NCBI GenBank assembly: GCA_965285935.1
Contig: OZ260663.1
Span: 66,216,001 to 66,280,000 of the forward strand
Source of the DNA: Ophelia neglecta
Lineage: Eukaryota
Direction: 5' to 3'
DNA: 64,000 bases
This document shows, in pieces, positions 25,701-37,229 of this stretch (within the stretch, counting starts at the first letter, position 1; each line of letters opens with the position of its first letter). The translations under genes were made by a program, and so were the position numbers. The notes beneath the pieces were generated by a model that saw nothing but the letters and a program-made list of their open reading frames with translations, had not been told where the DNA came from and ran no database searches.

Positions 25701-28700
25701 TTATCAAATTGCCAGAATGGAAAATAAACAGAACGACCCCCCCCCGCTCCCGCGCCGCTTGCAACATATAATTCACCGCGTTTCATAGGTACACGCTTTA
25801 TCAAGGCTTATTGATAACAATACAGTATTCAAAATCAGCATATGTAATTATGTTAAAAAGCTGAACATTTAGAATCGTGCAGCTGCTGGAAATTTTAATT
25901 AAAAATCGATATATTATTTTAACTCGCTGTATCGGACATACACTTCATGTCCATGTTGTCGGGCTCCAGTTCCATTCGTCGCGTATGTTGACTTACAAGT
26001 GAGCACTATATGTGTATTCCCCAAAACTTATATCGGAGAGAGTACCCCCCCCCCCCTTCCCCTTGTGGTTTCAGGGATACGAATTACGCTATGTAGCACC
26101 AGGCCTGTGCGTAGCCTGTGCCAGGTAAATATAAGGCGCTTACAGCCGGAATAGCAGGCACTGTTGTTTAATATTGTTGTTTGGCAAATACTGATATCGT
26201 CTGCCTGAGATAAGTGAACTCAGGATAACATACCTTTGAACCTGCATTAATCGAGATAGTGAAACATAACCAGTGAGTGATAATTGAGGAGCTGTTACAC
26301 ATTTAAAAACACAGGTAAGCGTCTTATTAAATTTTGTATTTTAAAAGACTAATTTCTGTAAGTTTATTTTATAAAGCGTCATAACAATGATTCAGATCAG
26401 TTAATCGACAACCCTGTCACTATTCGCATAGTGTACATTTTTATCAGGCCACAAAATTGTATGTGACGCATATAATTCAGTCCATGCATAGGCCTACCAG
26501 GTGAATGAACAAACTATAGATAGGTATTAACTAAAATTTTTGACATGGTCCGCTTGGAAAATGGCTGCAGTGATATTCGATAATCGCATACGACAAAACA
26601 GGCATATAGTACACTTCTGTCAATATGGAAATCTCCTGAATCATAGGCGCGGGCAAACTCCTGGCAATTGGTGTATAAACGAACATCAGTTGAAATCGTC
26701 GACATTATCTCTCCCGCCTGGACGACACCGGGATTTTTTTATTTGGGATTTTCATGCCGGTTTAATTATATCATGTTGGGCTATTCATAAGCACTAAACC
26801 ATAAGTATCGTCTAAGGCGACACATGCTAAAAAATGTCTGACTATGTGTATTCCTACACGGTCAGTTTATAACCCGGCCCTTAAGGAAAGAGGGACAATC
26901 TACACACCTATATACCTGTCTATATACCTTTAGCCCTTTTACATCTATTTTGTGAACCTTCCGTGGAAGTCAATTGGAATTTTGCACTTATTTGGCCATC
27001 TTAACTGTCATGATACCATCAAAATTACCATGTAGTGTTATGCGTTAGAGCGCATTTTGTGAAGTTGCCTGTTGGGAATCAATTGCTATTTGACCTACCA
27101 TTTATCGCCGATTGTGGATATCTGAAATATTTATCCGATTTGAAAGTGCATAATTATGTGTAAAAACAGTCGAAAGGGACAACATGAAAACCATGATTTC
27201 CTTAATATTATACCGCCCCTCAGAAACAGAAAAGTTTAGGTTGGCTTATATACAGTAAATGACATAAGCCCTACGGCAAACTTATATGCCTATGTATGGG
27301 TTTATAGTTCTATGAGTTCATACGCTTTTTATTATCTTCTTTAAAGCTTTGAGGGTGGCATATTCGGGAGAAGGGAGTGTGGCACTGCCTAAATGATAGC
27401 ACATTGTAACATCAACTTGTTTTTACAATCCTGGAGCTGAACTATTCCCGAGTTCAAAGGTCGTTATATGATATGATGACCGCTTGTAATAGATAGGCGC
27501 TGGAAGCTGTGTTGAACAATATATCAGGATTGTTTTTCTAAAGGAAAATGTTCACCAAAAGCCACCTGCAGTCACCTTTGAAATAATACTGACCATATTA
27601 CCAACGTTGAAAAGGCGATTTATTTGCTGTACCCTTTTCGTCCATAAGTCATCAATTATAATAGTTTGAAGTTTGAAATTTATTCGAATAAAGAATCTTT
27701 TCTGGTTAAAAGAAATTTAATGGTTTATTGTCCTGAAATAAATGGGTACATTGGTTCATCAGTATATTCAATGTGACATGAAATTGGTAAACACATAGAT
27801 TAAAACTTAATGTTGACAAAGTGTATGTATCAAAATACAGTATAATATGATTTATCACAGTTAATGAGATACAGGCCTATGAAGAGTGTTCAACGCATGG
27901 AACGTACAATTACAAGTATATATACATGCAGAATAGAAAATTGAATAAAGCGAAACCGATACAGTATTCAATTAAATCAAAGTCCTGCAAAGAGTTCTTT
28001 TGCTCGAAGGACTGATACGTCATACCTCCCTACTATTATTACAATTGTACATTTTGTGAATACATGAACAAAAAGAACTGCAGTTGGTTGTCATGAGCTT
28101 TAATATATCGGACCTGATGGTAGAAATTTTACCAGTGAATTGGCGACGCGTACAAGGCAGGCTCTCGCACTCCAGCAGAAATTAAGCTTGTCACGGATCT
28201 CAGGTCTACAAATACCCCATGCCCTGTCTTCTGCGGAGTACGAGGACGCGCTAAGACGGCCGGTTTGACATTGCATTTCTAAGTCCGAATTCATGTCAAT
28301 TTTGTTATGCCTCTGCCCCAAAAGGCTGCTTAAATTGACAGTCAGTTCAAAAATAGGGGCATCGGACATTTTATGTCGCCAAGATGCGTGTGGCCTATAG
28401 TGGGTTTTATATTACAACTTGAAAGCTTTAACAAACGTTGATATATCAATGCGCGTAAGTGTTAAAGAACCATTCATGCACATATACTCCTGTGGATCTT
28501 GCAACATCATGACCTTGCCCTGTCCAAGTTTTAGTATCGATAAACTTCATGGCAGTTCTAAAAAAATGTGAATTTATTTTACAACAGTTTGATTAGAGTG
28601 GGTTTGAATTTTGAGCATGTACCTAAATACCTGTGTATTGTCGTGTATCTTTAAAGGGTATACCCTACATTCACCGTATACTGCTATACAGCATGTCGAG

Positions 28701-30299
28701 GACTTGACACCGAGCACTCGTGTAAGATACTATAGGCATATAGGTTAACTTTATCCAACATTGACACTGGAAACGCCCAGATTTCGGTGCCAAATAAGAC
28801 GTTGGGCGCACACATATATTAAATGTAGAATAAACTACATGTACATAAAAAGGTAGTTTACCCAAGTCAATATATACATTTCAAAGCAAGTTCGACCTTA
28901 TACCTAGAGGATGAGTGTATACTTTTTTGTATAGAGATCACCGTCAATTACCTTGATCTCATTAAAATAGCTACCCCGGTATTTGTGTGTGTTTGGCACA
29001 CACCATTCAATATTGGTAATCCATAGGTATTAGAATAGAGGTTATCAACAATTCCTGGGTTATACCTTCTGTGCTTTATTTTCATTATCTAGTTCAAAAT
29101 ATTCTGACTCAAGGGCAACCAGGAGTTTGAAATACATAAAAAAATGATTACCACTCGGCCCATACGTTTAGGCCTTGGCAACGTCGTTGGTAGACGATAG
29201 ATTACAATTCCTACTCAGAAATGCTTCAGGTATTAAGTGACTAGAGGCGAATATGTGGATAGTATATCTAGATCAAGATGATATATTTTATATGCATAGT
29301 GACCACCTCATTTTGAGCTGTCACCTCCATCATTACTATGGAAGTCAGGGGAAAAACGTTGATTGGAGATTGAGGTAAAATTTACCCCTACCACCAGGGG
29401 TCTGCGATCAGATTGGTACTTTCGACCCGACATGAAGTGATTTCAAAGTACGTGTATTACTAATGTAAGAATTAACAAGATAGTAATCAATTACTCTGGA
29501 GCCAGTAGTTTAAACTCGAGTTAATTCAGGCCCTTCTTATCTGTACCAAATCCACCCATGAGATCCTAAATCGGTTACAAACGGATAACTATGTAGGAAT
29601 CAGTGGTTTTTAATTTCTTTACCATCTTAAAGTGTGAAAATCAACCGGGCGTTTCACCATAATATAAAAAACATGAATAAGCGTAAAGCGGTCTTAAACC
29701 AATTAGATGCATATACTTACCCCGGTGTAAAAGTTGTGGGAGTCCCTTAGTTGGAAGTTCAACCCGCCCATTGACTACATTTACTTACCCTAACCCCACT
29801 CGAAAAAGTCTCGAGAAGTCTCCTGGTCTTGAATCACTATAGTTCTCCAAGCCCACCGGTCTAGAAATCCTGTAGTGCTTCAAGGATCCGGTCTGGGAAT
29901 CCTTGTTTTCTACGTCCCCGTGGTCTTGTTATCCCATGGTTCGAGTTGGGAGACCGTCCATCTAGGGGACTTAGAAATTTAACACAGCTGGGACGTACCC
30001 ACATTCAGATAAATATTCATTCCGCCTCGATAGTGTTCTTATAACATAAGAACAAATATAATCATTATGTATTGGAATGTCATGTACTGTTTTGTATGCC
30101 AGTTCAATACCATAGCCGTCTACAAACAGACAACAAACGGTGGTAAATCCTGGATAAATTTGTAGGATCTCGGTTTTCTTCGTATCATTAACTACGGATG
30201 AGTGGGTACAAAAAGAGCTTCACTCAAATCTGACAACGGTGTTGGTATATATCTGGTAAAAGTTACAGATGTCACCAATCATTCTCAAGTCATATACAA

Positions 30300-30750
30300 T
30301 TTTTCGCGTAGCCTACTCTTAAAAGCACTACAGTTGCAGTGCAGATCTACCAAGTTAGTCACTTTGAATACTCCTAGCTTTTAAACTGTTCGTCTCAATG
30401 TCCTGTATATTTATATAGACATTTCGCAATACAGGTAAAAATAAACTGAAAATTACGAAGATTATTCATCATACTGCCTACAAGTTCTGTTTGTGTTTAT
30501 TAGTCCCTGGATACATTGTGCCGGCTTCAATATCGGTAATCGGTGGTTTTTCAGTTTAATTATAAACAAGGAATAACCCAGAACTGACTTAATGCTCCGT
30601 CTAACAATTAAAAGGAAAATGGGAAGTCTTCGCTCTGTCATTTTTAACATCTCAATATTGATAATTATTACCAGTATAAAGGGTGACTCCCACATGCGTG
30701 CATTAAGCAGTTGCTCTTGGTCTTCGGTCATGTAAAGTTCTGTAAAGTAT
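30300..30750 (-). mobile_element. Decayed LINE ORF2 C-terminal fragment
   Basis: ORF 30462..30731 ends IIKLKNHRLPILKP..NRTCRQYDE, resembling the 'NHRLPIE.G..R.C..C..DE.H' region of LINE ORF2. Boundaries are approximate. Confidence 0.45.
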
Positions 30751-31450
30751 TTTGCCCGATTCCACCCTGAGTATATTTTTGATTAGATAAATCTAGGCCT
30801 ATATTTGGTGTATATTTTAACAAATATCGACAAATCATCGCTCGCTATAAGAAAGGCGCGCCGTATGGTGTTGGTCAATAAGATAAAATCTCCAGTTCAC
30901 CACATTGTAGGTGGAGCATTATATTCCGATCTATAATCGGTTTCTGTTTCTAAACAGTTTTAAGACAGTTGTCCATACAGAATCAATATGGCTGCTGTCA
31001 ATGTTTGCCCCCCTACCGACGCTGCCTAGCAACAACGAGCGCGGTGCATACTACTACAGCGCTAACTGAAATTGGATTATTAGATTTACAAGGTCTTGTT
31101 GACACATCGGGAATAATTTTATATATAGCTTTGATTTCTTGGGCATTCTTAGCCTTAGAATTTCTTATTTTGGTTATTTCATGGTGAATATGGAAATGTT
31201 TTTGTTGCTTGTAAACATTCTAGTAGAGAGCATTAAATTCAAATAGTACCATGACGATACGATATACTGATGCATTCAGTCAACCAAGTACATATCGTGG
31301 GTGACTAAAGTAGACACTGCCGCTAGCTAGTCTAGGTTCTCGGTGACATAAATATTATGCCTGGGAAGTCGTGAAATGAAATATATACCCATTCAACGGG
31401 AGAACAGAGTTTTACCTAATTCATTCTCTTGTACGGGTCGTTCGTTCATC

Positions 31451-31617
31451 TTCACCACGGGACACTTTAGGCGAGAAGCAATGAGTTTTGATGCCTTTTT
31501 TAATTATACCACGGGACACTATGGAGAGAGAAGTTTTTTAGCATTGATTATTTTTTAATTTCACCACGGGACACTTTAGGGAGAGAAGTTTTTAGTTTGG
31601 ATCATTTTTTAATTTCA
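31451..31617. repeat. Minisatellite, three copies of a 54-55 bp unit
   Basis: ACCACGGGACACT(T/A)(T/A)GG..GAGAAG...TTTTTTAATT begins at 31454, 31508 and 31563. Confidence 0.85.
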
Positions 31618-34109
31618 GTATCAGTTAAATAAATGAAACATCTATGAACATATGCCTTTTATGGGACTCTAGGAAACCCCGGTGAGCTTGTAAACTCTAT
31701 ACCTATACTTATTGACTTGGATGTTGATTTATTATCAAACATCACTATAGTATACATGGTACAAACTACACAATGTCAGATGGCAGGTAAATTACCAATA
31801 TTAATTTACCCTTCCGATTCAGTCCATTCACTATAGCAGTCATAATATGTATAAGGCCTGTAAGGATGCTCATTAAAGACGCATGTTGCCGTCAGTTTTT
31901 GAGATGAATAAAGGAAAGTAGCTGGTCATATATTATTTGGAAACAGTACATAAATGTGAGTCCCTTATATGTCTGTGGACATCATGCCCTTATCTAAACT
32001 CTGTTGCAGTTATAAGACGGGTGATCAATATGATATCGGTATTGAGTATTATATTAGTGAACACCTTTATTAACAAGCAGTTTGTTTTCAAAACCCAAAT
32101 GGAGAAAGCTAGACTTGCTTAATTCATAAATATTTAGGATTGGAAATAATATGAATAAGGCCAGACTTTTATCATACATACATATTGGTGTATGGAATTA
32201 TGTATGTGAAGAAGGTTAGACTTGTTTTCACAAATGTTGATGTTTGCAATATGTGTAGCCTTAGTCAGCGTTTTTAGATTATGATTTTCCAAAAAACTTT
32301 GGTATTAAGAGTTGCCAGTATAATTGCCAGTTTTAAATTTCGTTTCTGTTGAACATTTAGCATATTAAAAACAAACGAAAAGGCACTATTTCTAACAAGA
32401 AACTAACAATCATACTCTGTACCAAGATATTCAAATAAAGTGCTAGGAGTCCTGTAAATTTCACACCAACGAATTTCTCTTCCAATATATTATCTTAGGC
32501 TGTTTTGGCAATGCATGAGACACTGTCTCAACCGATATGATAATATGTTTTTGTTATCACTTTTGCATGTAAACATGTAAACACATAGGCCTATATGTGT
32601 GTACTTGTTGAGTGGTAAACGCCAATTCCACGTTACCCAAAACCAAATTTCAGAGTTACCTATAGATAATTCTAAAATTTAAATAATATATATTATAAAA
32701 ATTGCTGTTCGTAAGACGCCAAGCTCGCTTTTTCTGCACAGTAACAATCTAAGGATCTCTTTATATTATTATAATATTATTGATATTGTAGATTGCTGTG
32801 GCGGTAGTATTCGTTTAATTCCGGGCCCGAGGCACGCTAACTCGGTAGTTTAATTTATTCCTTGGCATTCGCCGCTTCCCCGGTATAGTAGGTTAGGTAG
32901 ATAAACGAGTATGCAGATCTATAATATAAGATCTTGTGTAACGTCCGCGGCTATGTGACGAGAAAAAAATGAACACAGCACAAAATTCACCGATGTTCTA
33001 TTTTACACTTAATATATACAAGATCTTAACACTGACGGTGCATAGCGCGCCAGTCAAAATATATGGCTTAACCAATTATGATATTGTCCTTCACTGATTA
33101 ATTTATAGGTATTTTCTCTCAGAAAAAGTCGGCTTAAAACTCCTTGAATATGAGGTAGGCCCATCGGCCGTTCCATTTAGCTCCCGGGGACAATAACTTT
33201 TCAAGGCTTGCTTTTGCATAGCTTCGAGAAATTTATAGAATTTGTTCTGTTCCATACTTTAAGTCTGTTACATTTTTCGTCCCAGGAACACCGAAGAACA
33301 CACTTGTGTACGAGTGTCCACATTGCAGCTATATATATTTGTCCACAAAAGGGCTCCAAAAATAAGATCAAACATTATGTACACATTGTAGCTATATAGC
33401 AGAGTTATTGATTTGACAAATTGGTAGTGAATAGGCGTACAATTATTTAATGATAAAGCCAGAAAGGCAAGACCTTTTGGCAGTTTTTTTTGTCGGAATT
33501 CTCCAACTCCCTGGTACATGTATGAATATACAGATAGGCCCTAAACTCGCTGAGAGGTGTAGGACGGCAATACCATTATTTCATGGCCGGAGGCATGTAC
33601 TGGCTATCTTTCCGAAAATTATTTAGACCCATATACATGCATATATACTAATGTAAGATCAATATGGATACACATGGTGTTGAATTGTTCGTGTTCTTGA
33701 ATAGTGTGTTGTCAAATTGATGGATGAATCGACTTTTTTGCGTGTAACATTATACCATAGCGTAAACGGGCCAATAAAGAAGATCTTTGAGCAACATGAA
33801 TCGTGGGCAAAATGGTACTATATTTTTGTCGTCAGAGATGGGCCCTCATGAAGTTCAATTCACGCCATAATGTTTGTCTGTCATCTAATCAAATCAATTT
33901 TATTTGAACTATATATACATGCTTATTTACAACGTGTAAATTTTATCATGCGAGCAACGTTAACTAATAAGAAATATTTCATACTGATCGAAGATGTATA
34001 CGGAAGGTAATAAAAGGAATATGGAATGCAAATAAACAAAACATAGATTGGCCAAGGACAAGAAGCCTATGGCTTATAGGTCCTTTAAACAGATTAGACA
34101 ACATAAGAT

Positions 34110-35626
34110 AATTTACACAGTGCATTGATTGGAGAGGAAATACTAATACTGGGTAGCCCTACATTGGCCGACGACAGTACGCTATTGTCCCCAACTCGTA
34201 ACGGGCTACAAGCTATGCTTACTGCCGCGGGCCAATATTCATGGAGGTGGAGGATGAAGTTTTCCACATCCAAAAGCAAAGTTCTGATTTTTGGCGAGAC
34301 CAGACAGCAACATGAGAAAAATATTTTATGGCGAAAATGGTGGCTGTGCGATAGGCAAATTTCAGAAAACTGTTGATCTTAAGTCATCAGAGCGCACCAA
34401 TCGCTCGTGCCGAAAGGGTAGACGTCAGCTCGCCGGTATGGCTGGAGTAGGTGTAACTGCTAAGGGCCTTAACCCCCTTACTTCAGCAAAACTTTGGAAA
34501 CAAATTTGCCTCCCTTCTGTTTTACACGGGTCTGAACTGTGGTGTCAGCTTAATCTCACAGAAATTAACCAGCTGGAAATCATGCAGAGGTACGCGGCAA
34601 AATATATCCAGGGATTTATCCAACGAACACATAATGAACTCGCTTTGGGAGCCCTCGGCTGGTATTCTTTAGAAAGTACTATAGATGAAAAGAAATTACT
34701 GTTTTTTTTATAAACTCAGCCTGTTACCTTCGTGCAGACATATAGCAAAGCATGTGTTTGAACGTAGAATTAACGATTGTGAAGAAAGATCTAGCAGTAA
34801 TCAAAAGGGTTTTATACCGGAAATAATACGCATTTTGTCCAAATATGACCTCAGTAACTATTAAACTATACTGCGGTCAAGTGCTTGTCCTACTAAGTCG
34901 CAGTGGAAATTAATTGTTCAGAAGGCTATTGAAACACACGAGCTGAACCGGACTAAAGATTCCCTGTCATTAAAACCTGATTGTCACTTGTTTTGTGAGG
35001 TGTACGAAAAGTTACACCAATTTCCCTTGTACACAATGTCGAAAAATAATGTTTGCCTAAAGAACAATTGTGTTAATTTAGCGAGTCTTCTGGCGTTGTA
35101 TAATTCGGCTTTATACATGTCACTTGTGTTTTGTGTCAAGAAACTGTTGTATGTCCATATAGCCATTTACTCTCAGATAATGGCTGCAAGGAACTTCGTG
35201 ACACTAGAGACTTGTTTTTTCGGAAGTTATATTTGATATATTGGAGGTTTCAGAATCGGTGTTCCTTTTTAACTTAAAACCTAATACGTTCGTCAAATAC
35301 TGTTTGGGCATTGGGGATGAATTTCACCTAGGTTTTGTCGAACATGTAATACAGTCATTCGGACCATTCGCAAAGTGCTTATATAAGTTTGAATTCTTAT
35401 AATTTTAAATTCATATAATTTTAAATGTTACACGTCTTTGTCGGTAAATTGATATGTAAGAAATTGAATATATGAATCACAGTTTGGTATAGTCGGAAGG
35501 TTACTAGTGAGTATTTATCTTGTCTCAATATGTTTTGTTGATTAGCTTTTGTATTTTGTATGCTCTCATTAAGTTGAGGAGAAATAAACTACCACTACTA
35601 CTACCACTACTACTACTACTACTACT
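34110..35626 (+). mobile_element. 5'-truncated, frameshifted LINE: RT C-terminus, thumb, zinc knuckle, 3'UTR and (ACT)n tail
   Basis: Broken frames: SPTLADDSTLLSPTRNGLQAML..WRMKFSTSKSKVLIFG; GLNPLTSAKLWKQICLPSVLHGSELW..LEIMQRYAAKYIQG..LGWYSLE; CVLCQETVVCPYSHLLSDNGC (CCHC knuckle, ~35125). AATAAA at ~35584 is followed directly by (ACT/ACC)n to 35626. Confidence 0.88.
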
Positions 35627-37229
35627 TTACATGAAATGATCAATGAATATTATCTTAGAAACTGCTCTACATGTTTGTGTAGAATAGTTATAGTTAAAAA
35701 TCTTTGTAAGAATTATATGGTTTGGCTGCTTGATAAGATGTCGTGCGTTCGCAAATGGTTGTCCTGGCTTTTGTTATGTGGAAATGATTGCCTAGTAAAA
35801 TGATTGACGGATATCATAGTTAAATGTGAACAGGGAGGATTTGACATATGGTAGGAATCCGTTAAATAATTCATAGATATTAGTTTGAAAACTTAATGAA
35901 TATATAGCATGCAAAGTGAGCAATTTTGTTTTCTCCCCGCGCGTAAGCTTGCAAAAGGTTAAATTGTACTAAAAATAAAATCATTAGCACAAAAAGCCAA
36001 AATAATCACTATGTTTTGGTGCTTTATTCCTTGAAAAAGTCCGCTACATTGGAGCCCTACATACGGGAAAAATATTATAGATTATTTTAACCTTGGGCTT
36101 ATTCTTAAACGCGACAAAGAATGTGTTGAATTATATTGAAAAACCTACATCCGAAAAACGGAAAGTCCTAAGAAAGCTTCAACGATGCCTTTTCTGTATT
36201 CGCCGGGCTGTAGAGCTGGCCCGATTCAGTCACCACCACCCAATAAGGACTGTGTACGTTTCAACGTTGATAAAGTCAATTAAAATCGTTCCCGTCAGCA
36301 TTTCATGTAGCGTAACAACCTAAATAGGCTTATACCTGTCAACATTATGGCATTATAAATATACTTTCCGCTTTGGTATGGCGTCTTCCAACGGGGATTT
36401 TACGAACGGAGGGGGAGCGATGAAAGAGTCCGAAACACGATTCCCAACGTTTTTTTTCTGGGCATCTTTAAAAATGTGGGTTACTTTGAGCACATATACA
36501 CGAAGAAAATTCTAAACGTGACTAACTTTATTCCATAGGAATTTCTGCCTAATTAACACATTTTACCACATGTTGATACAATATTGTCTACCACTTAGTG
36601 ATATAGCGGCTCTGAAATTGAGTTCCTAAAATCCCGTTGAACCGCAATCTATGTACATGCATGGTTTGGTGCTTAATTGTTGATGTGTAATCGAAAACTT
36701 CAGCTAGGGAGTCGGCCATCTCTCCAGGGAAATTGAATAGCCCTGTAGCTGTCCAGGCGGACAGGATTGCAATCGCCCATTTTTAATCAACCGGTTGATG
36801 TTAACCTTATATTGGGTAAGAAAAGCCCTTTTACGGATGAACGATTTTTTTTATGAAGTTGAGGCATATATAAGACCTACGGCAAAAAAGGTTCGTCTAT
36901 AGTACGGCAATTAAGGGCGTTAGATAGTGGGAGACTGTAGACAGCTTCCTTAACTTCAATTCAAAAGGGGGTTGATTAGTAAGTGGACAGTGCATCCTTT
37001 GCATTCAATTCGGGGCTGTAAAATTGTTTACCAAATAGCGAAAGCGACATATATGCGGCTGCCATTTTGGATACGCTTATCGCAGATTACCGTTCTTCGA
37101 CTCTGCACTGTCGGCTGGCATTGCTATTGTTAGAATGATTTTCGAACATTTCCGAACATTTCCGGAAAAGAAGTCTGTGCAAGATATACGAGACATGACT
37201 TTTCAAATGAACTTTGATTTCCTTCACAG

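Noticed and set aside
31451-31617. CRISPR-like repeat/spacer pattern
   Set aside because: Only three units, the 'spacers' resemble each other, there are no cas genes and the context is eukaryotic; it is a minisatellite.
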